DNA of 64,000 nucleotides from Octopus vulgaris (taxonomy: Eukaryota), in NCBI GenBank assembly GCA_951406725.2, contig OX597822.1, positions 101,556,001-101,620,000 on the forward strand. The letters run 5' to 3'. The notes beneath the pieces are model-generated. The model made no database searches and had not been told where the DNA came from. It was given only the letters and a program-made list of their open reading frames with translations. This document shows, piece by piece, positions 14,660 through 28,753 of this stretch. Made by a program: the position numbers and the translations under genes. Position 1 is the first letter of the stretch. Each line of letters opens with the position of its first letter.

Positions 14660-16974
14660 TAATAATAATAATAATGATAATAATGATAATAATAATAATT
14701 TTAATAATAATAATAATAATAATAATAATATATATTAATGATTGTAATAACTGTTACGGTGACCCCAACGAACTAAGGTGCGAAAAGCACTACTCTGACA
14801 TTCTCGCATTTGTTCGTTGCCTAGGACAGCAAAAGAGGGAAATAAACTGCTCTAATTGTGAAACTTATTCATGACCTGTTATTTTTCGCACATGAATTTT
14901 CATCTGATGATAATTTTGACAATGTAGGTGTAAGCTTGGAAACTTTTTAGCGTGCAGTAACAGCTATAGTAATAGCCAAGGTACGTTCTCTCTTAGTAGT
15001 TAAGTAACATTAATACTATGCTGCAATTTTTAATTAAAGATGATGAGGCAATGACGTGTCATAAGGTGTTGTTTTATTCGATAACAATTTACCGTTATTG
15101 TTCTTTGATAATTCCTGTATAAATTAAGGATTGTGAAGCTTGGATCTCGTAAAAGATTTACAATTAATCGAATTGCGTATTTCAAACGTAACTGAACAAG
15201 AAATCAATGCTTTCAGTATAGGACAATATAGAGAAAACAACCTATCATATTCTGATTTACGAGTGTTTACAATAATGAAGAATTTAAGCTAAATCATCGA
15301 CGGGCATCATTAAAAAAGCCGAACAGGTATACATAAGTAAATAATATCCCAATAAGCCTCCCAAATCAAAAACAAACTTAGTAAGATAGATCAGAGGAGC
15401 AGGTAACTTTTCTTCGGCATTGAAGTATTCCATCACGTTTCCCTATACTAGAATCAAACTTTGAGAATAAAAAAATAAACAGATTCAAAGGCAGAATATG
15501 TTGAACAAGTAACTCAGAGCAGTATAATTAGCAAAAATAGATGATCTGGATTATACCCCCTATTTAATGTTGCTACAAGTTTGCTTCAAATCATACAAAA
15601 AATTCTAACTATATTATAGGTCATAAGATTTAGAATACAAATAATATAAAAGGTTATTGTGGTTACCTGAAAAAAAATCATTGCAACCAAATACACTGCA
15701 TAGTAAGAATTGTCTACTCTATATAAGTTTCAGGAAAATTAGCACATATTCCATTTGACACCTTATACATCATTCATTGTTATTCATTGTATACAATTGA
15801 TAATCTTTATACTGTATCTTAGCCTCTATAAAAAATATTTCCTAAAACTTTGAGAAATTACAAATTGAAAGTTTTTATGCCTGCATTAAAGATATTGCGG
15901 TCTTTAGGAAAGGAAAACACATCATCATCTGAGCTATTGAGAACTTCTCAGAACCTGCTTATTACATATCGAAGTATTATGCTTAATTACATTATGACAA
16001 GTAAAAATTTTCTGTCATACTTTCTATGTTATCAATTTTATGTTTAGAAATTTTTCTTGTTACATATGGTGTCGTAGATAGTCAACAACTTTTCCCAATC
16101 ACCTTCCTGTCGTGTTTCTTTTTTCTTTTGCACCGTAGACTTTCTGTTTTTCGCCGCTGAAATAATTAGCAATAATATCTTATTGTTATCATGTATGAAA
16201 TCTCTACAATATCGTTATTTTTTAAAAATATCAATTCATGTCAAAAACTCCAAGTATATGTTCACATGACAAATAAATAAATACTAGCCAAAAATTAGCT
16301 TCTGTTCATAGGGTATAACCTGATTATTGTTTTCATTCAACATAGCATATTTTTTTTCTTAACGGAGCAATACATTCTGCATCGAAATTCATGCAATTAA
16401 ATTACCATTATATCTGGAACGTTACCTTTATTGTACTCTTATGTTGCTTTATTTACTAAATGTCGTCTTCATTAATTGCCATGTTTTATGACTGCTCACA
16501 GAATAAGCTTGTATTTCTATAGTTATGAATTAAGTTAATGGTTATCATCAGTATCAGTAAAAATGGTACTAAAATCAAAATGAAAATACAAATTCAAAAT
16601 ATTTACGAATGCAACATGAGCCATGTTCAATAAAGTCGTATTGATATATTATAATCATCATCATCGTCGTCGTCATCATCATCATCATCCTCATCATCCT
16701 CATCACCATCATCATCATCATCATCATCAACCATCATCACCATCATCATCATCATATCTACCAGGTTGGGGAGGTATATCCGTGACAGTGTCAAAGAAGA
16801 GTAACAGACAGACGGGAATGCCATAAATAATGAAAAAAGACGGAACCGTGGAGAATGGCGAATCTCTGTTTGGGGAACATACGGAAAATAGGAGCGGGTC
16901 AAGGAAAAAAGGGTGACAGGTGGCGCTAAGTATTTAAGGAGATTTTACTTTCAAGCAAGAAAACCTTTTAACTT

Positions 16975-17133
16975 TTATCTTTTACTTGTTCCACTCATTA
17001 AATAGAGGCCATGCTGGGACATTACCTTGAAGAATTTTTAGGCGAACGAATCGACACCTGTACTTATATGTTTTGGTACTTATTCTATTGATCTCTTTTG
17101 CCGAACCAGTAGGTTCCGGTGACAAACACAAAT

Positions 17134-17181
<48 letters not shown>

Positions 17182-17184
17182 GTG

Positions 17185-17235
<51 letters not shown>

Positions 17236-18479
17236 GAGGTAGTATGAAAAATTTCTTGGACTCGTGTTTATTTCCTAAGTTTTAACATTGTCTCCTTCGA
17301 AGCGCAGCACTACACCAGCCCCAGCGTTCCTGCCTCCTTTGGAATCCGGCGAGTCGATGCTGTGATTTGCTCTGGATTTAGACAACCATGTTAAAACGGT
17401 GGCCCTTGAGCTGCATTTTTATCTTGCGGAAGAGATAGAAGTACGCAGGTACTAAATCTAGCGAATAGGGTGGGTGCGGAAGCAATATTATGTTTTTCGT
17501 GAGAAACTCAAGAGTGAGGAGTGCTTGGTGACAGGGTACATTGTCGTCGTGAAGAGTCCAATTCTTCACGTATCACAGATCCGGGAACTTTCGCCAAATG
17601 TTCTCCCTCAAACACTTCAAAACGTCACAGTAGTACTCTCGACTGACGGTCTGGCCCCGGAGTATGGATTCTTGATAAACAGTACGGCAGATGTCGAAAA
17701 AAAAAACTATGAGCATGCTCTTGACTAACCTGCAGCTTTGTCGTACCTTCTTCGGTTATGGAGGTGAAGGGCTCTTCCATTGTGATGACTGCTGCTTCGT
17801 CTCAGGGTCGTACACGTAAACCCAACACTAGTCACCGGTGATGATCCTCGACATGAAAGACGCGTCATCAGCAGACCGCTGACAAAGATCTTGACAGACT
17901 TTGACGCAATGTTCTTTCTGCTCAGTGGTCAGAAGAGTGGGGGACAAACTTGGCAGAGACAAGCCGCATGTTCAATTCAGACATTAGGAATACCTGCACT
18001 ACCCATACAACAGACAAACAACATCAGCAATGTCGCTCATTGTCCTTCGGCAATTCTCTTGCACAGCATTTCCAAGGGTGACGCTCGTGGGAAGTCTTTC
18101 AGATCGCTCATCATCTCCTAGGGACGTTCTTTCGCCTCTGAAGCGCCTTTGCCACTCTATATATTGAGTACGGCCCATTGTCTCGTCACTTTAAGATTGC
18201 TGAAACATGCTCAATGTCTCTGTAGCAGACCTCCTAAGTTTAACGCAAAATTTCACGTCGCCTCTTTTTTCCTGTCCATAACAAAAACACATGAACACAA
18301 AAACACAAATTTCACAACTTGCTAAGTAAACACAGCGATGTGACTCGGCACACTGCCTCATGAAGGTCACTGCTAGCTCTCACTGCGCAAACAATCTTAT
18401 GCTGCCATCTGTTGGCGCGTTACAGAATTTCTTCGGGAACGTTTTGGTACCACCTCGTACGTACATACATACATACACA

Positions 18480-18512
<33 letters not shown>

Positions 18513-18730
18513 GTATATATACACATACATACATACATACATACATACATACATACATACATACATGTATGTATGTGTGTGTGTATGACGGGCTTTGTTC
18601 AGTTCATATCTACCAAATCCACTCACAAATATTTAGTCGGTCCGAGGCTATATTAGAAAATACAGGTCCAAGGTGCCATGCAGTGGAACTGAACCCGGAG
18701 CCATGAGTTTGGGAAGCAAGCTTCTGACTA
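16975..18730 (-). mobile_element. OR-like SINE split by a mariner insertion (tail 16975-17135, head ~18585-18730)
   Basis: The two SINE halves flank the mariner through the SINE's central microsatellite. Confidence 0.7.
17235..18457 (-). mobile_element. Decayed full-length mariner transposon
   Basis: TIRs cgaggtagtatgaaaaatttcttgga / ttcgggaacgttttggtaccacctcg; ORF 17378-17569 has LHDDNVPCH and PHPPYSLDLVP, equivalent to mariner HHDNAPAH and PHPPYSPDLAP. Confidence 0.88.
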
Positions 18731-19290
18731 CATATAATGATCAGTCCAGTATGCCCAATACTTAGCCAATATTAGTGAACATATTTTAATAATTAAGCTG
18801 CCCCAGTGGAGAAAATTTTCTACTGCCTGGAATTTGGTCAGGATTTATTTAAGTAGAAGATATAGTTATGGACGAAGAATGATTTTGCTTTCCGTTTAGT
18901 TTACTTGTATGATAGAAGTATCGAATAAATTAAACTTTCTGGAAAATACATGCTAGATAAAATATAAAGCAGTTTATAGCTAAATTATCTATTTACCATA
19001 GTTATTAGTATTTATACTAGGGTGCTACTCTTCATGTGACAAATAGCTTTGGAAGTAAACTTTTGACAATATGGGTAAAATAAAAAAATATGGCGTACTT
19101 TAGGTGATATAATTTAACTTTTATTCAATTCTGTTTGGAATGAATAACTAATTATCAAACGAAAATTATTTATTGATTTAACATAAAATGAAATAATATT
19201 TTTTACTTGTATATCACCTCCCAAAACTACTTTGTTATTTACTTCCTCTCATCCTCTTCCTTTCCCTTCTCCTCTTCCTGTGTGTTTATG

Positions 19291-19330
<40 letters not shown>

Positions 19331-19500
19331 ACTCTGTGTGTGTTTGTGTGTGTGTAGCATTCATTTACTCATTGCTTTCCACCAACAAAAGAACGCGATC
19401 TCATCTTGCACTTCTTATGTCAAATCTCTATATATTTCTCTTTTACTCGCTTTTGCGTTTCCCTATATTCAGTGTAAAATATGACTGAAGCAATTTTGGA

Positions 19501-19598
19501 ACCAGCCAACCAACCAGCCAACCAACCAGCCAACCAACCAACCAACCAACCAACCAACCAACCAACCAACCAACCAACAAACAAACCCAACCAGCCAG
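19501..19598. repeat. (ACCA/GCCA)n tetranucleotide microsatellite
   Basis: Seen directly. Confidence 0.95.
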
Positions 19599-20269
19599 CA
19601 TTTATATCGGTTATTATTAAATAGAGATACGAGAAAAATATTCCATCTTATATATATTTTCTGATTAATGAGATGCGCTTTTGGAGATTGGGTAAAACTT
19701 CAAAGGTGACAAAACAGAGAGTGCAGTTATTTCGCAGTAGGCAGAGTCGCATAATAATAACAATAACAATAACAATAACAATAACAATAACAATAATCAT
19801 CGATCAATACAATTCATTAATCAAACTATAAAATTCACTTCGTCCCTTTTCAAAATTATTGGAATAATTTCCAGTGGATGACAAGTGTTATACAACTGAA
19901 TACTTAATAGCAACTTACGTTACGTGGTTTGTGATAAATATACATATAAATAATAGGAATGAACAGCTATAGTTCGGTACAACACGTTTCGAAAGCAAAA
20001 AGTGGTCAAATTATATGCGTATTATATCATAATATGAAGATAATCTGCCTCCCCATCGGGTACATAACTGTCAATGATGAAAATCAATTCTGCATTGTAT
20101 ACCGAACGTAAATTAGAGTGATCTTTATATTATGATGTTATGCACATTTAATTTGACGGTTTCTTTTTTTTTTTTTTGCATTCAAAACACGTGTTATACC
20201 GAATGAGACATTCCATTCTTATTACACACACAACTATATACATCAATGTATGCTTATATATTGGTTTCA

Positions 20270-20472
20270 AATTTTGGCACAATGCCAGCAATTTCGATGT
20301 AAATGGTAAGACGATAACATCGACCCTATGGTTCAACTGGTACTCATTTCATCCAGCCCAAAATGATAAACGGCAAAGCTGACTTCGGCGGGATTTAATC
20401 TCAGAACGCAGAGGGAAGAAATGCCGCCATGCATTTAGCCCGGAACGATAACGATTGAGCCAGCTCGCCACT
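20270..20472 (-). mobile_element. Decayed Nin-domain-type SINE
   Basis: Reverse complement resembles ggcgagctggc...cgttctgag...gtaccagtt of 41728-41960. Confidence 0.6.
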
Positions 20473-20491
20473 TACATGTATGTATATGTAG

Positions 20492-20522
<31 letters not shown>

Positions 20523-20619
20523 CACTCACGCACGCCCACCCGGCCACACATACATAATACACACACACATATATAAGTGTGTGTGTGTATGTATGTGTAA
20601 AACTTTAATTTTAAATAAA

Positions 20620-21298
20620 GTTATATATATATACAACTTATAAACAAGGGCAAAAGAAAAAAATTTCTAATGCCAAATATGCCGAAACTAGACACATCGT
20701 CCATAACCATATAATTCATCACTATAAGTACGCGTCTCGAAGAAAGCCGACAGAAATTTCTAAAAGATTCTGTTATTATCGGAACGGGCCCGATTTAAGA
20801 GTTAATTCATCAGTGATAAATGCGGCAAAGGAATAAGTAAAATACTTACTTATACCCATGGAAGAAGTGAACACTAAGTCATGAGCACAACTAAGTACCC
20901 CCAATATATCCAAGATAGAAATTCTATTTTGGATATATTGGGGGTACTTAGTTGTGCTCATGACTTAGTGTTCACGTCTTCCATGGGTATAAGTAAGTAT
21001 TTTACTTATTCCTTTGCCGCATTTATCACTGATGAAGGGAAGGTTCTTATGAATTAACTCTTAAATCGGGCCCGTTCCGATAATAACAGAATCTTTTAGA
21101 AATTTCTGTCGGCTTTCTTCGAGACGCGTACTTATAGTGATGAATTATATGGTTATGGACGATGTGTCTAGTTTCAGCATATTTGGCATTAGAAATTTTT
21201 TTCTTTTGCCCTTGTTTATAAATTGTATATATATTTAACCGTTAAATGTATTTTTTAATATGCTGGCCATTGATAAAACTTTTTCGAAAATTTCTATC

Positions 21299-21300
<2 letters not shown>
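20620..21300 (+). mobile_element. ~620-bp palindrome (20620-21239) plus terminal hairpin; Penelope-like inverted pLTR structure
   Basis: ~300-bp near-identical arms centred at 20921 with essentially no spacer; right arm has CTGATGA...CGAGACGCGTA and continues into a terminus also seen at 47350-47420; TA-rich flanks. The palindrome is certain, the Penelope call is inferred. Confidence 0.7.
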
Positions 21301-21344
<44 letters not shown>

Positions 21345-23679
21345 CAATTTAACATTAAGCTAAACGCTTGCTCAATACCTCATTACATTTTTGTAGAGTA
21401 TATCTTTAAAAACTTCGAAGTCACGATCAACCTTCTCCTTGTAAAAGTTCTCTCTCTCCCTTCATCTAAATATATATGTAACGATATAAAAAAAACAACT
21501 GCCAAACTGGCAATGTATTTGCATGCACAAAATCCCTGTTTAAACTTCGAATCTCGAGCACCAGATTACTGAAGTCTGCGTTGCCATTTAAGTCCTTATA
21601 ATCCCTTAAGATACTTAATGTGCTTAACTATAGTTAAAAAGTTTTTTTTCAATAGCTTTCCGTTAATGATAAAATACGAAAATTCTGTGTTTACTTCGCA
21701 TGCAGGAGTGTCTTATCGTTGCGTGTGTACCATGAATTAGTAATTGTAATACAAAATACCTCTTAGATTTCTGATGCTGTTAGCTGAAAAATAAAATATA
21801 TTCCAAAATGTCGGTGCAATGCTTTCCTTGCCTGCGTAATCATTGAAGTAATATTCCTCTTCCATTTTCTTTTGGAGTTCTTTAGGAATATGCACATGGT
21901 ATTTTAGTTGTTTAAATCGTTCTTCATTTACATACGGGTTGTGTCTTTATTTGAATTACGTATTTCTTTCCGATTTACTTTGGTTATAGTTTCATTATGA
22001 CGTACAAATAAATGACTTCAGTTTTTTCATACTTTATCTTGCTATTCGTTTTACATTTAATCTATCTATAGATTTTCCTCAAGCTATAATTGTTAGTGCT
22101 GTTTTAACGTTTGCTATCCTTGTTAACAGGGCAAACATCAGATGGAAACAACGTTCGAAAATTGCGGTTACATAAGTATATCATGACGATCTTTAACGCT
22201 ACAATACTTTAAGAACGATCGTAGTCTGATGCTGATCTACAATATATTAGGAATTACAACTGTGTTTCGTGGTCTGCTACCACAACAGCTCCTTTATAGG
22301 ATCCAGTAAGCTCAAGACATCATCAGGAGGAACCACGTCCGGTTTCGGCCCCTACTCCTCTACCGTTTTCACGTGGCGCCCCTCTCCCTTTCGGAGGTGT
22401 CTTCAGCTCTGGTATTGGGTGCATGTCTTCTTTCTTCTTCTTTCTTCTGTTCCTTGGCCTCTTCCATGTATCGTCAGCAAGTGTCAGCCAGTGACTGACT
22501 CACTTGCCAAATTTTTCCCTTTAATTACCTGCCGTAGGCTCCAGCAGGCAGCCCCAGCAAGTTGTCACGTGACACTGTCTCACCTTAACTGACTAGTGAA
22601 GTCGCGTAGTCTTAGCCCGAGCATTCTCTAAACGACCGTCACCTCTCAGTCAGCGAAGCTGATTCAGTGTCAGCTTGTCTCACCTAATGATGTTATGACT
22701 TTCAAGCAATTTTTGGTCATCCCGCTTCAGCCATATATAGAAGCTGGCTTTTTCGACCGCCTCCTGTACTCTCCTTATTTTTTAAAGAAGAAAATATTTT
22801 TATATGCATACACAACACAAACGCACACATATGCACACACAAGCACATTAATACTAACTTAGTACACTTTTCATCTTTTATTGTAATATACTGAAGGTTG
22901 GTAGACGTAATCAAGACAAAATATAAGTGAAGTGTGAAGGTGTCACCCTGTAAAATACTGGCGAATATGTCGAAAATAAGTGACCCTGTCAGGTGTATAA
23001 TCTTCGCTCAAGCTTTTGTAGGGCATCATTATTGCATCTACTATCCCTTGAGGTATTTGATAGACTTAAAAGTCGTTTGAACTGTGTCAAAAGATTTTTA
23101 GAAATTCACGAATAAGAGAATGACAGGGAAATACTTCGGTCAAACAACAGCTACTGTTCACAAGGCAATTAATATATGACTAGTTATTGAGTATTTTCAT
23201 TTCCATTTATCATAGTTTCCAAGGTGATTTACTGGAGTTCTGGTTTGATTAGAGTATGAATCATTATGTGATAGATTTTAATTCTAATAGCTGTTCATGT
23301 AATATCGTGGAAATTCTGTACACAAACTAATTCACTTTTCTGGGAAAACTGATGTATAGACTTCAAATCGTTTATTGATGGTATTTTGATACTCAGTGTT
23401 TAGTATATTGCAATTTCTAACGATTTACAATAATTGCAACTTCTCCAACATTACTGTAAAAGCGTTTCCTGTTGATCTGAAGCCTTTGATTTTGCCATAC
23501 TTGCCATTTACAGGCAACTGATAAATTAGAATACGCCGTGATATCAGCCTTACGACTCAAATTTCTTTTTGAATGTTTCATATATAATTTTTTTCTTCTT
23601 GCTTTTCAGATAGACTCCTTTCTTAATATTTTTACGTTTTTCAACGACTGCCTCGGATCCAAAAAACGTTCTCCTTTCA

Positions 23680-25094
<1,415 letters not shown>

Positions 25095-25095
25095 A

Positions 25096-25348
25096 AATGA
25101 CCTGATGCAGTGCCAAGCAGTGGCTCTCATCACTCATCTTAACTGATTGGAAGTGCTATCTTGTACATTATTTTGTCTTAGTATACAAGATGGGCTAGGG
25201 CAAATATTCTGCTCAATACCACATATTTGCTTGTCAGTTGTTTGACGTTAACCAGTTGAACACATCTCTTAATGGCTGATGATATGTGCATCTCTGATAA
25301 CAAGTAGAAGTAGCGGGGGAGCATCATAGCCATGTGTTGAGAGGAATT
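25096..25348 (+). mobile_element. 5' part of the ~557-bp (TAA)n-targeting element
   Basis: Matches 52263-52520. Confidence 0.8.
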
Positions 25349-25391
25349 ATTATTATTATCATTATTATCATTATTATTATTATCATTATTA

Positions 25392-25608
25392 TTCAGTATT
25401 ATTATTTTTATAGCGTGCTTTCACTTCCCTACCGAGCGCAGCTCTGTGTGCCTTAGGTATGTGCTGTGATTTGTTGTGATGCTCTGATGGTTATAGTATG
25501 GAAAGTGTTCTGCGTAGGATGTGTGCAGTGCCTAGTAGTGCAATTTTCTGTATGTTATATGTGTTTGTAAGTCCTGGTGTTTTTGTTATGTATTTGTCTG
25601 AATATTTT
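25392..25608 (-). mobile_element. Dong family-A 3' fragment
   Basis: Encodes ...IQKIALLGTAHILRRTL plus the family 3'UTR, within (TTA)n. Confidence 0.85.
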
Positions 25609-25698
25609 ATTATTATTATTATTATTATAATATTATTATAATTATAATTATAATATTATAATTATAATATTATTATAATTATTATTATTATTATAATA

Positions 25699-25797
<99 letters not shown>

Positions 25798-25820
25798 CAT
25801 TATTATTATTATTATTATTT

Positions 25821-26095
25821 AGTGAGAGAGCAGTGCATACCTTCAAAGTGACACCGGGGTAAAATATACAGAGCCCAGTATACCGATCATGACTCCCCGT
25901 CTCATAAGGCTAGACCAGGCAATGCATCACAACCATATGTGAGCGACATGGTGATCCCATATTAGCATAAACAGCACACGACCTTGCAGGTGGGGCCCAG
26001 TTAGAATTTTCTTCAGGTTGTGTAGCCATCCCGCTCAAATCTCTGGAGACATGGGTGTTTTGTTCATCATCCTTAAAGAAACCTTATTCAGGGAC
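25821..26095 (-). mobile_element. 3' part of the ~557-bp element with an inverted middle piece (26041-26095)
   Basis: 25821-26039 antisense and 26041-26095 sense relative to 52263-52819. Confidence 0.75.
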
Positions 26096-26099
26096 TCCC

Positions 26100-26500
26100 A
26101 GTAGCAGAGAAAGTATCAAATGAAAATCACATGGTATATGCCAATCTACACAGAAAAAAAAACTGACAAGATATCAATCTCCTATTGAAGGACTCCGAAG
26201 AATGGAACTTCATCTGCAGAACAGAATCTTGTGAAGACAGTGGACGAAGAAGTCGTAAAGTACCAGAGACCGTGCACTGAAAGTGAAACGAAGTCATAGA
26301 GCCTCAAAAGAGAATGTGATACCTATCGCGATCTGTGCACTTCGGACCTTCTCAAAGAAAGCAATATTCTGGCATTAAAAGCTGAAATTACCAAACTGCA
26401 CAGGAAGAACTCAGTTGACAGCAATACCTAGAAGAGTTCATGAGAAAAATGTTACGTCTGTAAGCTAAGAAGTGTCATAGATAAACCAAAAGTTAAGTAA
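26100..26500 (+). mobile_element. Highly decayed Dong-like RLE C-terminal fragment
   Basis: Remnants resembling W.MPI.T, KYQ and VIPIAICAL; followed by (TAA)n. Confidence 0.5.
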
Positions 26501-26531
26501 ATGAATAATAATAATAATAATAATAATAATG

Positions 26532-26600
<69 letters not shown>

Positions 26601-26603
<3 letters not shown>

Positions 26604-26906
26604 TGGAGAAACTCTCAAAATACAAAGACCTGGAAATAGAGGTAACTAGAATGTGGAACCTGAAAACAGAAACAATTCCTATCATAGTAGGTGCATTAGG
26701 CATGATAAAAAAATATTCAGACAAATACATAACAAAAACACCAGGACTTACAAACACATATAACATACAGAAAATTGCACTACTAGGCACTGCACACATC
26801 CTACGCAGAACACTTTCCATACAATAACCATCAGAGCATCACAACAAATCACAGCACATACCCAAGGCACACAGAGCTGCGCTCGGTAGTGAAGTGAAAG
26901 CTACTG
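26601..26906 (+). mobile_element. Dong family-A 3' fragment
   Basis: MEKLSKYKDLEIEVTRMW...GTAHILRRTLSIQ* plus 3'UTR; (TAA)n on both sides. Confidence 0.9.
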
Positions 26907-26943
26907 CTAATAATAATAATAATAATGATAAATGATAATACTG

Positions 26944-27011
<68 letters not shown>

Positions 27012-27012
27012 T

Positions 27013-27186
27013 AATTTGCTTCCATTTCTTGCCGAGTGTCTTCCCGACTCCTAGGGCAAAGAAACTCATAGTATACATTGGTAGTTTGGTTTAATGGCCT
27101 ACCAATGTATACTATGAGATTCTTTGCCCTAGGAGTCGGGAAGACACTCGGCAAGAAATGGAAGCAAATTTGAAAGAAGAAAAAAT
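27013..27186. mobile_element. Head-to-head palindrome of Dong family-E 3'UTR
   Basis: 72-bp arms (27013-27084 and 27099-27170), 14-nt spacer; sequence equals the 3'UTR of 49417-49690. Confidence 0.88.
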
Positions 27187-28071
27187 ATAATAATAATAAT
27201 AATAATAATGATGATGATGATGATGATGATGATAATAATGTGGTTTTCTGCTGTTATTGTTATTATTAATGTACTTATTTCAAGAGTTTATTGTATGTGA
27301 TATCTCTTGTATTTATCGGATATTGCACTACTTTTTCTACCTGTGTTAAATGTATCTTCTCAATTATATCACCTCTTCAGACAAACTGATATTCTAATTT
27401 GAATAATAAAGAGAAAAAAAAAAATAATGTATATAAATCTTCATATCATTTTTATTTCCTGTTTTTCTTATACTTATATTTCTAATAGGTAATTCTTGGT
27501 GTATGCCAAAGCTTTCAGGAAAAATACCACTAACAACAACAACAACAACAACAATAATATACAAAGTAAATGTTCCGTTTTTACCATTATTTCATATTGA
27601 GGTATGTTCATTAAAGAATTTATTTTATTCACATCTAGAATGTGTGAGATGGCTTGAAGCAAGAATATTATACAGTGAAATTTTAATGAAATTTGAGTAT
27701 AAAAGATTCTCATAACACTAGTAAAGAATGTGTCACCGAAGCAAGAAAAAAGAAAAAGGAAAAGAAAGAAAAAAATAATGCGTTCTCTCGGTGATATGTA
27801 TGGAAGGGGAAAATGACTAACAAAAATCAATAGAACCGATGAATATGACCGAAGTAAGTGATTTAAACTTTTAACATAGTTATCTTGACAAAATTAGGCG
27901 AAATAAAATAGATTTCGATTTTCTTGTGGACAGAAAAATATTATTTATTCTAAACAAAGCGCCATTCACCTCTATTATGGTGGTTGCCCGCAAATTTTAA
28001 ATTCTTTGTTTCATCAGCATCATCATCATAATCATCATAATTGTCATCTTCATCATCATCAGGATTATTAC

Positions 28072-28102
<31 letters not shown>

Positions 28103-28147
28103 GTTGTTGTTATTGTTATTGTTGTTGTTTTTGTTGTTTTGTTGTTG

Positions 28148-28215
<68 letters not shown>

Positions 28216-28739
28216 GAGTGAGAGAGCAGTGCATGCCATCAAAGTGACACTGGGGTAAAATATACGAAGCCCAGTATACCCATCATGACTACCCGTCTGA
28301 TAAGGGTACACTAGGCACATGCATCACAACCATATGTGCGCGACATGGTGATCTCATATCAAGATAAACAGCACATGACCTTGCAGGTGGGGCCCAGTTA
28401 GAATTTTCTTCAGGTCGAGTAACCCATCCCACTCGAAAGGTCCCTGAATAAGGGTTGTTTAAGGATGTTGAACGAAACACCCATGTTTCCAGAGGTGAAT
28501 TATTCAAACCTCAAAGAATCCCTCTCAACACATGGCTATGATGCTCCCTCACTACTTTTGCTCGTGATCAGAGATGCACATATCGTCAGCCACTAAGGGA
28601 CATGCTCAACTGGTTAAAGTCAAACAAATGACAAGCAAATCTGTGGTATTGAGCAGAATATTTGCTGTAGCCCATCTTTTATACCAAGACAAAACAATGT
28701 ACATGATAACACTTCCAATCAGTTAAGATCAGAAGCCAT
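28216..28739 (-). mobile_element. ~557-bp (TAA)n-targeting element, slightly 5'-truncated
   Basis: Near-identical to 33403-33959; (TTA)n on both sides. Confidence 0.9.
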
Positions 28740-28753
28740 TATTATTATTATTA

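Noticed and set aside
15300-15680. Splice-like signals (cag|gtat on +, tttttttcag on -)
   Set aside because: No open frame or partner site; such signals are expected by chance in AT-rich DNA.
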